In this document: positions 1-9,478 of the stretch, piece by piece | Numbering within the stretch: position 1 is the first letter of the stretch | Layout: each line of letters starts with the position of its first letter | Assembly (NCBI GenBank): GCA_964426845.1 | Contig: CAYRSA010000001.1 | Span: forward strand, 43,237-107,236 | Direction: 5' to 3' | Origin: an uncultured Candidatus Saccharibacteria bacterium | GTDB lineage: Bacteria; Patescibacteriota; Saccharimonadia; Saccharimonadales; JAGQNJ01 | DNA length: 64,000 bases | The notes under the pieces: model-generated | Seen by the model: the letters and a program-made list of their open reading frames with translations, nothing else | What the model was told of the DNA's origin: nothing | The model's database searches: none | Program-made: the position numbers and the translations under genes

Positions 1-274
1 CGGCTGGGCTGGCTGAAGCGCTTCCGCCTGAACCGCTAGCTGCTGCTGCGGCCGCTGCTGCTGCAGGGTCAGAGCATCCGCCGCCGGCTACAGCATAGGG
101 AGCTGATGCGCTTTGTACAGTTGCTGACTGCGTAGCAGCAGAAGCAATCTGTGATTGGATAAGTTTGTTTGCTACGTATAGAGCGATAGGAACCGCTACT
201 AGGATTGCCACGATTGTCGACACGAAAGTCGCCATCATGCTGGCTCGCATTTGATTATATTGTGTTTGTACCAT
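1..274 (-). CDS. partial CDS (N-terminus only, continues past left edge): membrane-anchored Ala/Ser/Gly-rich protein
   Basis: ATG at 274 (rc) 7 nt after AAGGAGGG; reads MVQTQYNQMRASMMATFVSTIVAILVAVPIALYV (one TM-like segment) then a low-complexity Ala/Ser/Gly run to position 1 with no stop; absent from ORF track because truncated. Confidence 0.45.
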   Translation of the reverse strand, partial: MVQTQYNQMRASMMATFVSTIVAILVAVPIALYVANKLIQSQIASAATQSATVQSASAPYAVAGGGCSDPAAAAAAAAASGSGGSASASPA

Positions 275-458
275 ATTGATACCCTCCTTGTTATTTAACG
301 CACCTCTTCGTTTTTTCAGCGTACTCTTCATATACTAAATTGGTCAACCGTGAGCGTTTGTTTTCTACGAAAATACAACATTTAACTTCTAGCAAGGGGG
401 TGTTGTAAGATTTCTTACACCTTTTTTCAAGCCGGCAGTATTAACTTATAGCTAAACT

Positions 459-2222
459 ATGTTGTTTATTTCCGACCCCAGCAGGGCCACTCGCCGCGAT
501 ATTTTGCTAATTCACGTACTTCCGCCTCTATTGGTTTTTACAGCTTTTATGGGCGTCACGTTGTGGTCCTGGCAGACCACCAAACAAAGGGTGGCTGATC
601 AGCGCGACCAAGCCGTCAGTCAAGAAATCGGCCGGATTGAATCTCAGATTCGCGATCGAATGGGTGATTACGAACAAATCCTAGAATCAGCCAATGGATT
701 ATTTCAAGCCAGTAACGATGTTGATAGGGCAGAATGGAAAGCCTTCTACGAAAACTTCGACATCCCTAATCGCTATCCTGGTCTGCAGGGCATAGCTTTC
801 GCTGAAGTCGTACTGAAATCCGACTTAGAGTCTCACCAAAATCGAGTTCGAGCCGAGGGATATGCTAATTACACGGTCACGCCGGTTGGTGCACGCGATT
901 ATTACGTACCGTTGGTCTATCCTATCTCTGATGTTACGCCTGAAAATTACCAGTCTCTAAGCGGTTTTGGCTTTGATATTGCGACAGATGAAGTTCGTAA
1001 TCGGGCCCTCCAAGCAGCCAAGTCTTCGGGCCAGGCCACATTAACTGGAAAGCTTGCCTTGATGCAATCCGACCAACAGCAGGCTGCAGCCTTTATCCTG
1101 TACCAGCCTTTGTACCGTAAAGGTGATCTTAGTTCAGTAGCCGGCTATGCCTATGCACCGTTTACTGCCAAAAATCTGTTCGAGGGCATTTTTGGTGAAA
1201 ACAGTCAAAAAACCAGTATTGGCTTTAGGGTTTATGACCAAAAAGTCGCACCAGACAGCCTACTGTATAAAAATCAACTTTTTGACCAAGCCGAGAGTGA
1301 GATCATTCAGCACAGTGTTAAAATCGCTGGCCGCGACTGGATAATCGAGTATAAAGCGCCCGACTCTATTATTAGCGTTGCCAATCGCCGCAATCCGACA
1401 GCCACTCTAATCGCTGGTGTTATCTTTAGCGCTCTCATCGGCGGCCTAGTGCTTAGTCTACTGATGGCCCGAACCAGGTCCCTAGCTTTTGCCGAAACTC
1501 GCGAATTACAAAGAGCTAAAGACGATCTGTTGTCCATTGCCTCTCATCAACTGCGAACGCCGGCTACTGGGGTTAAGCAATATATTGGTATGTTGCTTGA
1601 GGGCTATGGGGGTAAAGTCCCGGCCAAGCAGAAAAAGTTGCTTAACGAGGCCTATAACAGTAATGAGCGCCAACTGGCGATTATCGATGAAATCCTGCAC
1701 GTGGCCAGAATCGACACTGGTCGGCTAGTTTTACAAAAAGAGCGTCTCAAAATTCGCTCGCTGGTCGATCAGATATTAAGAGAGCAGGCCAGTGCCATTC
1801 GCGATAAATCTCAAAAAATTCTGACATCCTTTCCCAAGAGAATCCTTTATGCGAATGGCGACCCTCAGTATGCCCGTATGGCCATTGAGAATATTATTAG
1901 CAATGCCATCAAGTACACTCCCGAAAAGGGGACCATCACCATTAAGTTAAAGCGATCTGGCGACTTTGCGGCCATTACTGTTTCGGATACTGGCGTGGGA
2001 ATTGATAAAAAAGATCTTGACTTGCTGTTCCAGAAGTTTTCGCGTATTCCTAATGAATTATCGAGACAAACTGCCGGCAGCGGCGTCGGCCTATATATTG
2101 CTCAGCATATTATTGACTTGCACGGCGGCAAAATTGAGGTCGACAGCGTCCTCGGCAAGGGGACAACTTTCACGATATTGTTGCCACTGGCTTTGCGAAA
2201 TCAAACTAAGGATAAACTGTGA
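459..2222 (+). CDS. sensor histidine kinase with extracytoplasmic CHASE-like domain
   Basis: 587 aa; two TM segments flanking ~280-aa sensor region; H-box SHQLRTPATG; HATPase_c motifs NAIKYT, DTGVGI, GSGVGL. Confidence 0.85.
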   Translation: MLFISDPSRATRRDILLIHVLPPLLVFTAFMGVTLWSWQTTKQRVADQRDQAVSQEIGRIESQIRDRMGDYEQILESANGLFQASNDVDRAEWKAFYENFDIPNRYPGLQGIAFAEVVLKSDLESHQNRVRAEGYANYTVTPVGARDYYVPLVYPISDVTPENYQSLSGFGFDIATDEVRNRALQAAKSSGQATLTGKLALMQSDQQQAAAFILYQPLYRKGDLSSVAGYAYAPFTAKNLFEGIFGENSQKTSIGFRVYDQKVAPDSLLYKNQLFDQAESEIIQHSVKIAGRDWIIEYKAPDSIISVANRRNPTATLIAGVIFSALIGGLVLSLLMARTRSLAFAETRELQRAKDDLLSIASHQLRTPATGVKQYIGMLLEGYGGKVPAKQKKLLNEAYNSNERQLAIIDEILHVARIDTGRLVLQKERLKIRSLVDQILREQASAIRDKSQKILTSFPKRILYANGDPQYARMAIENIISNAIKYTPEKGTITIKLKRSGDFAAITVSDTGVGIDKKDLDLLFQKFSRIPNELSRQTAGSGVGLYIAQHIIDLHGGKIEVDSVLGKGTTFTILLPLALRNQTKDKL

Positions 2223-2273
2223 ATTATTTCATTGTTCTAGGTCAGGCTATAAATGCTATGATTAGGAAACCAT

Positions 2274-2654
2274 ATGAGTAAACAAACTATTTTAATCGTC
2301 GAAGATGAGAAAGTCCTGAACGACGCCTATACCACGATACTAAAGAAAGAAGGCTACAAAGTTTTATCGGCCTACGACGGCGAAGAGGCTTTATCTATCG
2401 CCGAAACCAATCATATCGACCTAATCCTCCTCGACCTGCGTATGCCCAAGGTTAATGGAATCGAATTCCTTAAAGCCTACGACTTAGCCGGACAGGACAA
2501 CCCTCCAATCGTTATCGTCTTCAGTAACCTAGACATGCAAACCGAAATCGACGAGGCTTTCTCTCTGGGAGCTACCAAGTATATGCTTAAAGCCTGGGCC
2601 TCCCCCAAAGAATTAGTCAAACTAGTCAAAGATAACCTGGCCGTCAAAAAGTAA
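2274..2654 (+). CDS. single-domain response regulator (CheY-like receiver)
   Basis: 126 aa; EDE acidic pocket, DLILLDLRMP phospho-acceptor Asp, no output domain; directly downstream of the kinase. Confidence 0.9.
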   Translation: MSKQTILIVEDEKVLNDAYTTILKKEGYKVLSAYDGEEALSIAETNHIDLILLDLRMPKVNGIEFLKAYDLAGQDNPPIVIVFSNLDMQTEIDEAFSLGATKYMLKAWASPKELVKLVKDNLAVKK

Positions 2655-2665
2655 ACAATAGCATT

Positions 2666-2694
2666 TTGACACTATAGATAATGGGTGTTATAAT
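2666..2694 (+). promoter_or_regulatory. consensus sigma70-type promoter TTGACA-N17-TATAAT (with TGt extended -10)
   Basis: TTGACA 2666-2671, 17-nt spacer, TATAAT 2689-2694, ATG of next gene 8 nt after the -10 box. Confidence 0.6.
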
Positions 2695-2702
2695 AGATTA
2701 TT

Positions 2703-3314
2703 ATGTCGCGTGGTCATGTCATTGGTCTAGGATCCCTTCCAGGTGCCGGTAAAGGAGCGCTGGTCGAGCAACTCGAGGCTCGAGGCGTTCACCATCTCCA
2801 TGTTGGCACTATCGTACGTCAAGCAGCTGAGCACAATGGCTTTGTACCAGAGGACGAGACCCGCGAAGCTTATTTGCCGTTTTGGCGAGAGCACGCTAGC
2901 CGGCACGGAAATGACTGGCTAGCTCGGATAGCTTTTGCTACCGCTAGCGACCTAAAATCTCCCGTGGTACTAGACGGGGTGCGGATAAAAGCCGATGCCA
3001 AGGCCATCAAAGGTGCCAAGAACGCCACAATGGTATGGCTAGATGGTGACCTGCCGGTACTGGCTCAACGCCTACTAGATAGAGGCCGTATAGAAGATGC
3101 CGGAGTTCAAACCGTCGAAGATCACATTACAGCTTTACAGGCTCAGCTAGACAGCCGTGGTGAATTTGATCTGGGCGGTGTGCGCGAGCTGGCCGAGATA
3201 AGTCTGTTTCCAACGGTGCAGATCGAAGATCTTGAACAGCGCCAGCTTTACAATGGCCGAATAGCAGACAATCTGCTGGATCTTTGTAATCTTTTACCGC
3301 CCAAATCATACTAG
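2703..3314 (+). CDS. P-loop NTPase / nucleotide-kinase-like protein
   Basis: 203 aa; Walker A-like GSLPGAGKG near N-terminus; no closer family recognised. Confidence 0.55.
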   Translation: MSRGHVIGLGSLPGAGKGALVEQLEARGVHHLHVGTIVRQAAEHNGFVPEDETREAYLPFWREHASRHGNDWLARIAFATASDLKSPVVLDGVRIKADAKAIKGAKNATMVWLDGDLPVLAQRLLDRGRIEDAGVQTVEDHITALQAQLDSRGEFDLGGVRELAEISLFPTVQIEDLEQRQLYNGRIADNLLDLCNLLPPKSY

Positions 3315-3980
3315 CCGTATATCGGTAAAGCTTTCGTCGCCCATGCATTCCAGGAGTTTGCGGGTGTTTATTTTATAAACTTGATTATCGTATCTGACGA
3401 TGCCTTGCTTTTCCAGCTTCTTCATCTCGGTGGCCGTAGTTTCGCGAGTCAAGCCTACCAAGCTGGCAAACTGCTGATGGGTTAATTGAATGTTAATCTT
3501 GGAGATATTTTGGCTGACTGGCCGGCCATACCTTTGGGACAGATAAAACAGCGTGTAGCTAATTTTGGCGCTGGCCTTGGCCTGTTGCAAAGCCGTAACC
3601 CTTAACATCATACCCGTGTAGTTTTTAACGTAAGCGTCCATGAAATAACGAAGGTTATCGGGTTTTCTGCCGATCATAGTTCGCAGATCGTCCCGGGCAA
3701 TGCTGCAAATCTCACAATCAGTGAAGGTCTCATAGAAATAGACCGTGCTAGTGGTCTGGCCAAACAACCAGGTGCTGGGAAAGAACTCGCCAGCCACATG
3801 GAATGTCACTAACTGCTCCTCGCCGTCAGGGCTCAGATTGTAAACCTTAACTACCCCGCGCTTGATCAGAGCAACCGCCCGGGGAACTTCACCCTGATAG
3901 TAGATGACGTTATTCTTCGGCACACTGCGAGTTGTGCCTTTGGTTAGCACCTCCTTGATGATGGCCGGAACTTCTTTCAT
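3306..3980 (-). CDS. Crp/Fnr-family transcriptional regulator
   Basis: cNMP-binding beta-barrel (GEFFPSTWLFG...) plus C-terminal HTH (QQFASLVGLTRETTATEMKKLEKQGIV). ORF track starts at 4022; I prefer ATG 3980, which lies exactly 6 nt after TACACT (3987-3992 rc). Confidence 0.8.
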   Translation of the reverse strand: MKEVPAIIKEVLTKGTTRSVPKNNVIYYQGEVPRAVALIKRGVVKVYNLSPDGEEQLVTFHVAGEFFPSTWLFGQTTSTVYFYETFTDCEICSIARDDLRTMIGRKPDNLRYFMDAYVKNYTGMMLRVTALQQAKASAKISYTLFYLSQRYGRPVSQNISKINIQLTHQQFASLVGLTRETTATEMKKLEKQGIVRYDNQVYKINTRKLLECMGDESFTDIRLV

Positions 3981-4121
3981 AGACGTAGTGTAGCGTGCCG
4001 TCCACTGGCTGTCGACTTTCACCTCTGTACTTCGCCTTTATTGTGTAATATCTTACAGCTTTCCACTTGTTGTTGAGATAAATTTGATAAGCAAGCAATT
4101 AATAGTTCGTAAGGAGGATAT

Positions 4122-4235
4122 ATGAGCCAACAAACAAAGATTAACCAGTTTCTAGAGCGCAAAGCCCGGCAGTACCCTCGTTTAGATCTCAATAAGCAGA
4201 TCCAAACCGAAGATCGTTTAGATCATTTTCTGTAA
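4122..4235 (+). CDS. small ORF, 37 aa (MSQQTKINQFLERKARQYPRLDLNKQIQTEDRLDHFL)
   Basis: strong SD TAAGGAGGA 5 nt upstream of ATG; below ORF-track size cutoff. Confidence 0.35.
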   Translation: MSQQTKINQFLERKARQYPRLDLNKQIQTEDRLDHFL

Positions 4236-4276
4236 AGAAACTTTTGAGCGAATGAATACAAAGGAGGAGAGTGTTT

Positions 4277-4366
4277 ATGAAACAGCAACCGACCAGCATC
4301 ATGCACCGAGACGGAGATGAGGAAGGCGAAGGGACGACAGAGTGGCAGTCGCCCTACGAGCAATAA
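4277..4366 (+). CDS. small ORF, 29 aa (MKQQPTSIMHRDGDEEGEGTTEWQSPYEQ)
   Basis: strong SD AAAGGAGGAG 6 nt upstream of ATG; follows the 37-aa ORF. Confidence 0.3.
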   Translation: MKQQPTSIMHRDGDEEGEGTTEWQSPYEQ

Positions 4367-4497
4367 CCTAAGTCCACCGTACTTTGACAATACGAAAGGA
4401 TCAACCGAGCTACTTATCACTCGAGCAAGCGATATGCAGCCGACGTATTAAAGCATAAGTCCAGCCAGTGATTCTTCGATACAGTAGGGATACTAGA

Positions 4498-4534
4498 GCG
4501 GCCCCAAGGGAAGTGGGGTCGCTTTAGTTTTTTT
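4498..4534 (+). terminator. intrinsic terminator (possibly bidirectional)
   Basis: 9-bp GC-rich stem GCGGCCCCA/TGGGGTCGC (one G.U), 7-nt loop, followed by TTTAGTTTTTTT; lies between convergent units. Confidence 0.5.
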
Positions 4535-4540
4535 ACTGTC

Positions 4541-4780
4541 CTACTTAATTAGCGCATCGCGCAAGCCATCGATTAAGGGAATGTGGTCAAACAGGCTCAG
4601 GAACCACAGCAACAGCCCAATCAGGATAGTTCCGCCCAAGAAAGCCCCAAAACCGCCGGCCAAGCCTTTTAGAAATGAGGAAGTAACGGCCTGCTTTTTA
4701 TTAACATAGCCCGTCTCGTAGAAAGCTACTAGCTTTTTGCCCAGCTCCTCATATTGTTTGTCGGTTAACTTCTTACTCAT
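4541..4780 (-). CDS. small membrane protein (79 aa)
   Basis: start moved to ATG 4780 (SD AGGAG 9 nt upstream, 2 nt after stop of upstream gene); C-terminal TM GGFGAFLGGTILIGLLLWFLSLF. Confidence 0.6.
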   Translation of the reverse strand: MSKKLTDKQYEELGKKLVAFYETGYVNKKQAVTSSFLKGLAGGFGAFLGGTILIGLLLWFLSLFDHIPLIDGLRDALIK

Positions 4781-5213
4781 GACTGACCACTCCTGACGCC
4801 AGCTCTTTATATGAATTCTCAATTAGTTCGAAGAGTACAGCCGGGTCGACGTCACTGAGATGTTTTATATACAAACAAGCCTTTGATGTTGAATGCTTGC
4901 CCAGTTTTGCCATCTGAGAAGGGTAATTTACTTGCAGCTGACTGCTGAGGTAGAGTGTGGTTTTGCCTTTGCGCGGACTAAAGCCGACTTTCGGCCAATC
5001 ACCCTGTCGGCCACTGGCGTAAATATAGTGATAAGTGCCGTAGCCGATGATAGCCGGCCCCCACATGGCTGGCTTTTCGCCGGTAGCTTTTTGCATCATC
5101 TCATTAATAACTTTGCAGTCGGCCCGTTGTTTTTCATCGGGAATATTGTTAATAAAGTCTTCTACGCTAGCATTAGTTTTTTGGGTTTTTGGCTCTGTCG
5201 TTGACATAATCAA
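4773..5213 (-). CDS. DUF1801 (YdhG-like) domain protein
   Basis: 146 aa; N-terminal VEDFINNIPDEKQRADCKVINEMMQKATGEKPAMWGPAIIGYG is typical of this family. Confidence 0.7.
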   Translation of the reverse strand: MIMSTTEPKTQKTNASVEDFINNIPDEKQRADCKVINEMMQKATGEKPAMWGPAIIGYGTYHYIYASGRQGDWPKVGFSPRKGKTTLYLSSQLQVNYPSQMAKLGKHSTSKACLYIKHLSDVDPAVLFELIENSYKELASGVVSHE

Positions 5214-5271
5214 AGTATATCACCTCCTCGGTCACTAGTGTTCCTGTCATAAAAACAGTATAATACGGAGG

Positions 5272-5877
5272 ATGAAATCCCTAAAAAACCGCACTCTAGA
5301 ACAAAATTTACCCTGGATACTAGCTGGTGGCGCTAGTATCGGACTGCTAGCCGCCTTCGTGCTTACGCTGGAGAAAATCGCTCTCTTACAAGACCCGGGC
5401 CATCAATTATCTTGCAGTATTAACCCAGTGTTATCGTGTGGCTCGATTATCATGTCTGACCAGGCTTCAGCCTTTGGCTTTCCTAATCCGTTCCTTGGCA
5501 TTGCCGCCTTTGCTGTCCTGATAACTATCGGTGTGGCCATGCTGGCTGGAGCCAAGTTTAAGCGCTGGTTCTGGCGTGGCCTGCAACTAGGTACGATTTT
5601 CGGCATCGGCTTTGTCGCCTGGCTGATCTGGGAAAGCTTATATGACATCGGGGCACTGTGCCTGTACTGCATGGCGGTATGGTCAATTACCTGGCCAATT
5701 TTCTGGTACACAACTCTTTATAACTTGCGCAAGAAAAACATTCCCACTCCCAAGAGCCTTAAAGGGGTAGTAGCTTTTGCCCAACGGCATCACGCAGATA
5801 TCTTGATTGCCTGGTACGTATTGGTTATTGCCCTGATTATCGTGAACTTCTGGTACTACTGGAGCACCCTAGTATAA
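5272..5877 (+). CDS. vitamin K epoxide reductase (VKOR) family membrane protein
   Basis: 201 aa; 4-5 TM; cysteine pairs CSINPVLSC and CLYC. Confidence 0.8.
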   Translation: MKSLKNRTLEQNLPWILAGGASIGLLAAFVLTLEKIALLQDPGHQLSCSINPVLSCGSIIMSDQASAFGFPNPFLGIAAFAVLITIGVAMLAGAKFKRWFWRGLQLGTIFGIGFVAWLIWESLYDIGALCLYCMAVWSITWPIFWYTTLYNLRKKNIPTPKSLKGVVAFAQRHHADILIAWYVLVIALIIVNFWYYWSTLV

Positions 5878-5886
5878 ACTAGGGTT

Positions 5887-8718
5887 ATGGAATTAAATAA
5901 GGCTCAAGCGGCGGCGGCCGAACTTACTACCGGCCAGTTACAAGTCGTAGCCGGTGCTGGCACTGGCAAGACCAGGGTCATCGTCCAGAGGATCAGCAAT
6001 CTGCTAGACCAGGGTGTCAAGCCGCAGTCAATTCTGGCAGTGACCTTTACCGAGAAGGCCGCCGCCGAGATGCTGGAGCGAATATTGCAGTCGCGCCCCG
6101 ATCTGCACGCCGAGATGCCAATTCTGACCTTTAACGCTTTCGGCGAGAGACTGCTTCGGGAATTTAACACCGAAATTGGCCTGGGGCGCGGTTTCTTGTT
6201 GCTGAGCGATAGCGCTCAGATAGTTTTTCTCGAACAACACCTTGACGAGCTGGAGCTGGACTTTTACTCACCAGCCACCCAGCCCAAGGGGCAGTTGGTA
6301 GACGTGTCTAAGTACTTTTCTAAACTTAAACAAAACATCGTGACACCCGAAGCCTACGATAAATTTGTCAAGAAAATGGCCAGCGCTGATACCAGCCAAA
6401 AACTCGAGAAGACCAAGCACCAGGAGTTGTCACGGGCCTATGCCAATTACATCCGGCTGTGCAAAGAGTATAACGTCATCGATTATGACGATCAGATTTA
6501 TAGAGCAATTGAACTCCTAAGGGTTCGACCGAATATTCAAACTCTACTACAAGATCGCTACCGAGCGATTATGGTTGATGAGTTTCAGGATACCAACCCT
6601 ATGCAGTCGGAGCTGATTGACTTGCTAAGCGGGCGAGGCAACAGCTTAATGGTTGTTGGTGACGACGACCAGAGCATTTACGGCTTTCGGGGGGCGACTT
6701 TGGCTAATATTTTAGACTTCAAACAGCGCTACCCAAAGAGTCAAGAGGTGACCTTGATTGAAAACTATCGCAGTGGTCAGGCTATTCTGGATGCCGCTTA
6801 CTCGCTAGTACAGAACAATAACCCTTATCGTTTGGAAGCTACGCTTGGCATCGACAAGCGCCTACGAGCAAAAAAGGCCGGCAAAAAGCCAACCATCAAG
6901 CAATTCTCACGCCGAGACTATGAATTGCAATGGATTGTCGATGACATTATCGAACATCTTGCTGGCGGCACTCCGGCCGGAGAGATTGCTGTGCTAGTTC
7001 GCAATAATACGACCGCTAAGCTTATTGGCCAAGCTTTGAATCTAGCCGATATCGACTACGTCATTATTGGTGAACGCTACCAACTATACAGAACAGAGGT
7101 AGTTCGAATGATTGTCGAAGCCTTGCGCTGCATTATCGACACCACCAACAACACCAGCCTATATCACACCTTGGGCAGTGATCTTTTCGGTATTTCCGGG
7201 GCACTACTGGCCGATCTGTCCGGCCAAGCTCGGGTTAACAAGCAACGACTTGAGGAATTCTTGAATGAACAATCCGATGAAACTAAAGTTCAAGAGGCTC
7301 TGACTCAGATCAAACACTGGCGGGAAATGGCACCGACAACCGCTGTCGACAAGCTAGTTTACGCAATTCTCGATGAAACTGGCTATAAAAATCGGATTTA
7401 TAGCCGAGCCATGAGCGACACAGCCACCTCCATAACCGCTCAGCAACTGACCGAGTTTTTTAGAGCCATGGGCGAATTCGTATCTATTGCCCAACAACCA
7501 ACCGCTCTGCAGTATCTGGAATCATATCCGGTCCTGGAAGCGGCCGGTGAAAGCTCTGAGGATCAGACCCTACAGATTAGCAACCAACGAGTCAACGTCT
7601 TGACCATCCATAAAGCCAAAGGCCTAGAATGGGAAACAGTCTACATACCAGACTGTGTCGAGCGGGTACTGCCTAACACTACGCCACGGGGTGGCATCCC
7701 TCTGCCTAAAAAACTGGTGGCCAAGCATGTCTCGGAAGCTGATGACCAAATTGCCGAGGAGCGACGTCTGATGTACGTAGCCATGACCCGGGCCAGGGAA
7801 GACTTAATCATCTCCTTCAGTCGCAGCCATAACGGTCGGACTGCTCGCCGGCCATCGCGGTTTATCTCGGAAACATTTAAAAAAGATGAATTCGCCGACA
7901 GCGATGGCCGCTTACCGCCCCAGACCTTAGAGCTAGCCATTGCCGAGTCCATGGTCCAAAAGGAAGTACCACTCCCAGCCAGTATGCGCGAGGGCGAAAA
8001 CCTGCGGCTCAGCGTTAGCCAAATCGAGACCTACTTGCATTGTCCGCTTAACTTTTACTTTAAACACATTCTCAACATACCCGAACCAGCCAGCACCCAA
8101 GCCAGTTACGGCCAGGCCATTCATGGCGCAATCGAGACTATAAATAAAGCTTTGATGTCCGGAGACAAGCCTGACCTAAAGGCTGTCGAGTTGACCTTAG
8201 TAGAGGATATCGATAACGTCCCCGCCGAGTCTCAGCTTCTTAAACAACGCTTACAGCAACAGGCCTTAGACACCATTAGGCGATTCTATAAGTCACATGT
8301 CGAAGACAACCCGGAGGTGCCACAGCTAGTCGAGTCGTCATTTAGAATAAGGCTGGCTGATCAGAATTTAGTGATAACCGGACGCCTGGACGCCGTATTC
8401 GCATCTGAAAAGGGCGTCGAAATTCGGGACTACAAGACTAGCCCCAACGTAGACACGCCCACCAAAGCTAAAAACAAAGCCACCAACAGTCCCCAGCTTA
8501 CACTTTACGCGCTGGTCTGGCAGCAGCAACATGATGAGATTCCTCATAAACTGAGTCTTGAGTTCGTCAACACCGATCTGACTGGTAGTGTAGGCAAGAC
8601 TCAGCGGGGCATCGACACGATGACCACTAAGCTAGAGGAAATGGTCAAGTCTATTAGCGAACGCCAGTTCAAACCAGGCAGTAAACACGATTACTGCATC
8701 CATCCAGACCTAGACTAG
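5887..8718 (+). CDS. UvrD/PcrA-type SF1 helicase fused to C-terminal PD-(D/E)xK nuclease domain
   Basis: 943 aa; Walker A GAGTGKT, DEFQDT, VGDDDQSIYGFRGA, TIHKAKGLEW, YVAMTRA; C-terminal GRLDAV...EIRDYKT nuclease motif. Confidence 0.85.
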   Translation: MELNKAQAAAAELTTGQLQVVAGAGTGKTRVIVQRISNLLDQGVKPQSILAVTFTEKAAAEMLERILQSRPDLHAEMPILTFNAFGERLLREFNTEIGLGRGFLLLSDSAQIVFLEQHLDELELDFYSPATQPKGQLVDVSKYFSKLKQNIVTPEAYDKFVKKMASADTSQKLEKTKHQELSRAYANYIRLCKEYNVIDYDDQIYRAIELLRVRPNIQTLLQDRYRAIMVDEFQDTNPMQSELIDLLSGRGNSLMVVGDDDQSIYGFRGATLANILDFKQRYPKSQEVTLIENYRSGQAILDAAYSLVQNNNPYRLEATLGIDKRLRAKKAGKKPTIKQFSRRDYELQWIVDDIIEHLAGGTPAGEIAVLVRNNTTAKLIGQALNLADIDYVIIGERYQLYRTEVVRMIVEALRCIIDTTNNTSLYHTLGSDLFGISGALLADLSGQARVNKQRLEEFLNEQSDETKVQEALTQIKHWREMAPTTAVDKLVYAILDETGYKNRIYSRAMSDTATSITAQQLTEFFRAMGEFVSIAQQPTALQYLESYPVLEAAGESSEDQTLQISNQRVNVLTIHKAKGLEWETVYIPDCVERVLPNTTPRGGIPLPKKLVAKHVSEADDQIAEERRLMYVAMTRAREDLIISFSRSHNGRTARRPSRFISETFKKDEFADSDGRLPPQTLELAIAESMVQKEVPLPASMREGENLRLSVSQIETYLHCPLNFYFKHILNIPEPASTQASYGQAIHGAIETINKALMSGDKPDLKAVELTLVEDIDNVPAESQLLKQRLQQQALDTIRRFYKSHVEDNPEVPQLVESSFRIRLADQNLVITGRLDAVFASEKGVEIRDYKTSPNVDTPTKAKNKATNSPQLTLYALVWQQQHDEIPHKLSLEFVNTDLTGSVGKTQRGIDTMTTKLEEMVKSISERQFKPGSKHDYCIHPDLD

Positions 8719-8719
8719 C

Positions 8720-9424
8720 TTATTTTTTAGTAACTTTTTTGACAGTTTTTTCAGCTTTAGCGGCCGTACGAGCTAAGAAGCCAGGCTGTTTAGCGAACAA
8801 TAGAGCGAACAGATTTACACCAATAACTCCGCCAACCAGTGGTCCGATGACGTAAGCTTTACTCCAAGAGTCAACACCAAGGGCGGCAGCTGGGTTTAAG
8901 ATACCGTTACTGGCTATACCGGCGATGATGATACCGACGGCCAAAGATCCGCCGATAGTGGCGGCCTTTTGTCCACCCTCGTAACCGTTAAAGACGGCGG
9001 CAGCGACACCAAAGGTGAAGATGAAGGCTCCCACTAATTCAGCGACTAGTACTGGCCATTCAAAGGTTGGACCGGCAATGTTTTGCATGCCGGTGGGTAC
9101 AAGGTAGTTGTACAGGCTATAAGCGGCCAGGGCACCCAGGAATTGAGCAGCTACATAAACCAAGGCTCGAACTGTGCTGACCTTACGAGCCGACCACAAG
9201 CCCACAGTGACGGCAGGGTTAACGTGAGCACCAGAAGCGCTACCAATCAGCAGCACCAGCATGGCCATGGTTAAACCCACACCTAAGGCCACAAAGTAAG
9301 GCACACCGATTGCCGATCGCGATACAGCTAATATTGTGCCGGTTAGCACGGCTGTACCCATTACTTCAGCCACTACGGCAGCTGTATTTCTTCTATTCAA
9401 TACGTCCATCTGAGAACCCTCCAA
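8720..9424 (-). CDS. MIP-family channel (aquaporin/glycerol facilitator)
   Basis: 234 aa; two NPA boxes (HVNPAVT, ILNPAAA); 6 TM pattern; Lys-rich C-terminal tail. Confidence 0.9.
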   Translation of the reverse strand: MEGSQMDVLNRRNTAAVVAEVMGTAVLTGTILAVSRSAIGVPYFVALGVGLTMAMLVLLIGSASGAHVNPAVTVGLWSARKVSTVRALVYVAAQFLGALAAYSLYNYLVPTGMQNIAGPTFEWPVLVAELVGAFIFTFGVAAAVFNGYEGGQKAATIGGSLAVGIIIAGIASNGILNPAAALGVDSWSKAYVIGPLVGGVIGVNLFALLFAKQPGFLARTAAKAEKTVKKVTKK

Positions 9425-9478
9425 GTGAATTATTTTCTAACATATAGCATAATCCAATCTAACTGATTATGCAATCTA

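Noticed and set aside
4451-4459. Extra copies of AAGCATAAG (9-11 nt of the att-like core) at 4451, 44846 and 62169, considered as possible secondary attachment sites
   Set aside because: The matches are too short to be significant in 128 kb of two-strand sequence. None is flanked by the left arm, the hairpin or the GGGAGCC part, and two sit in ordinary promoter regions.
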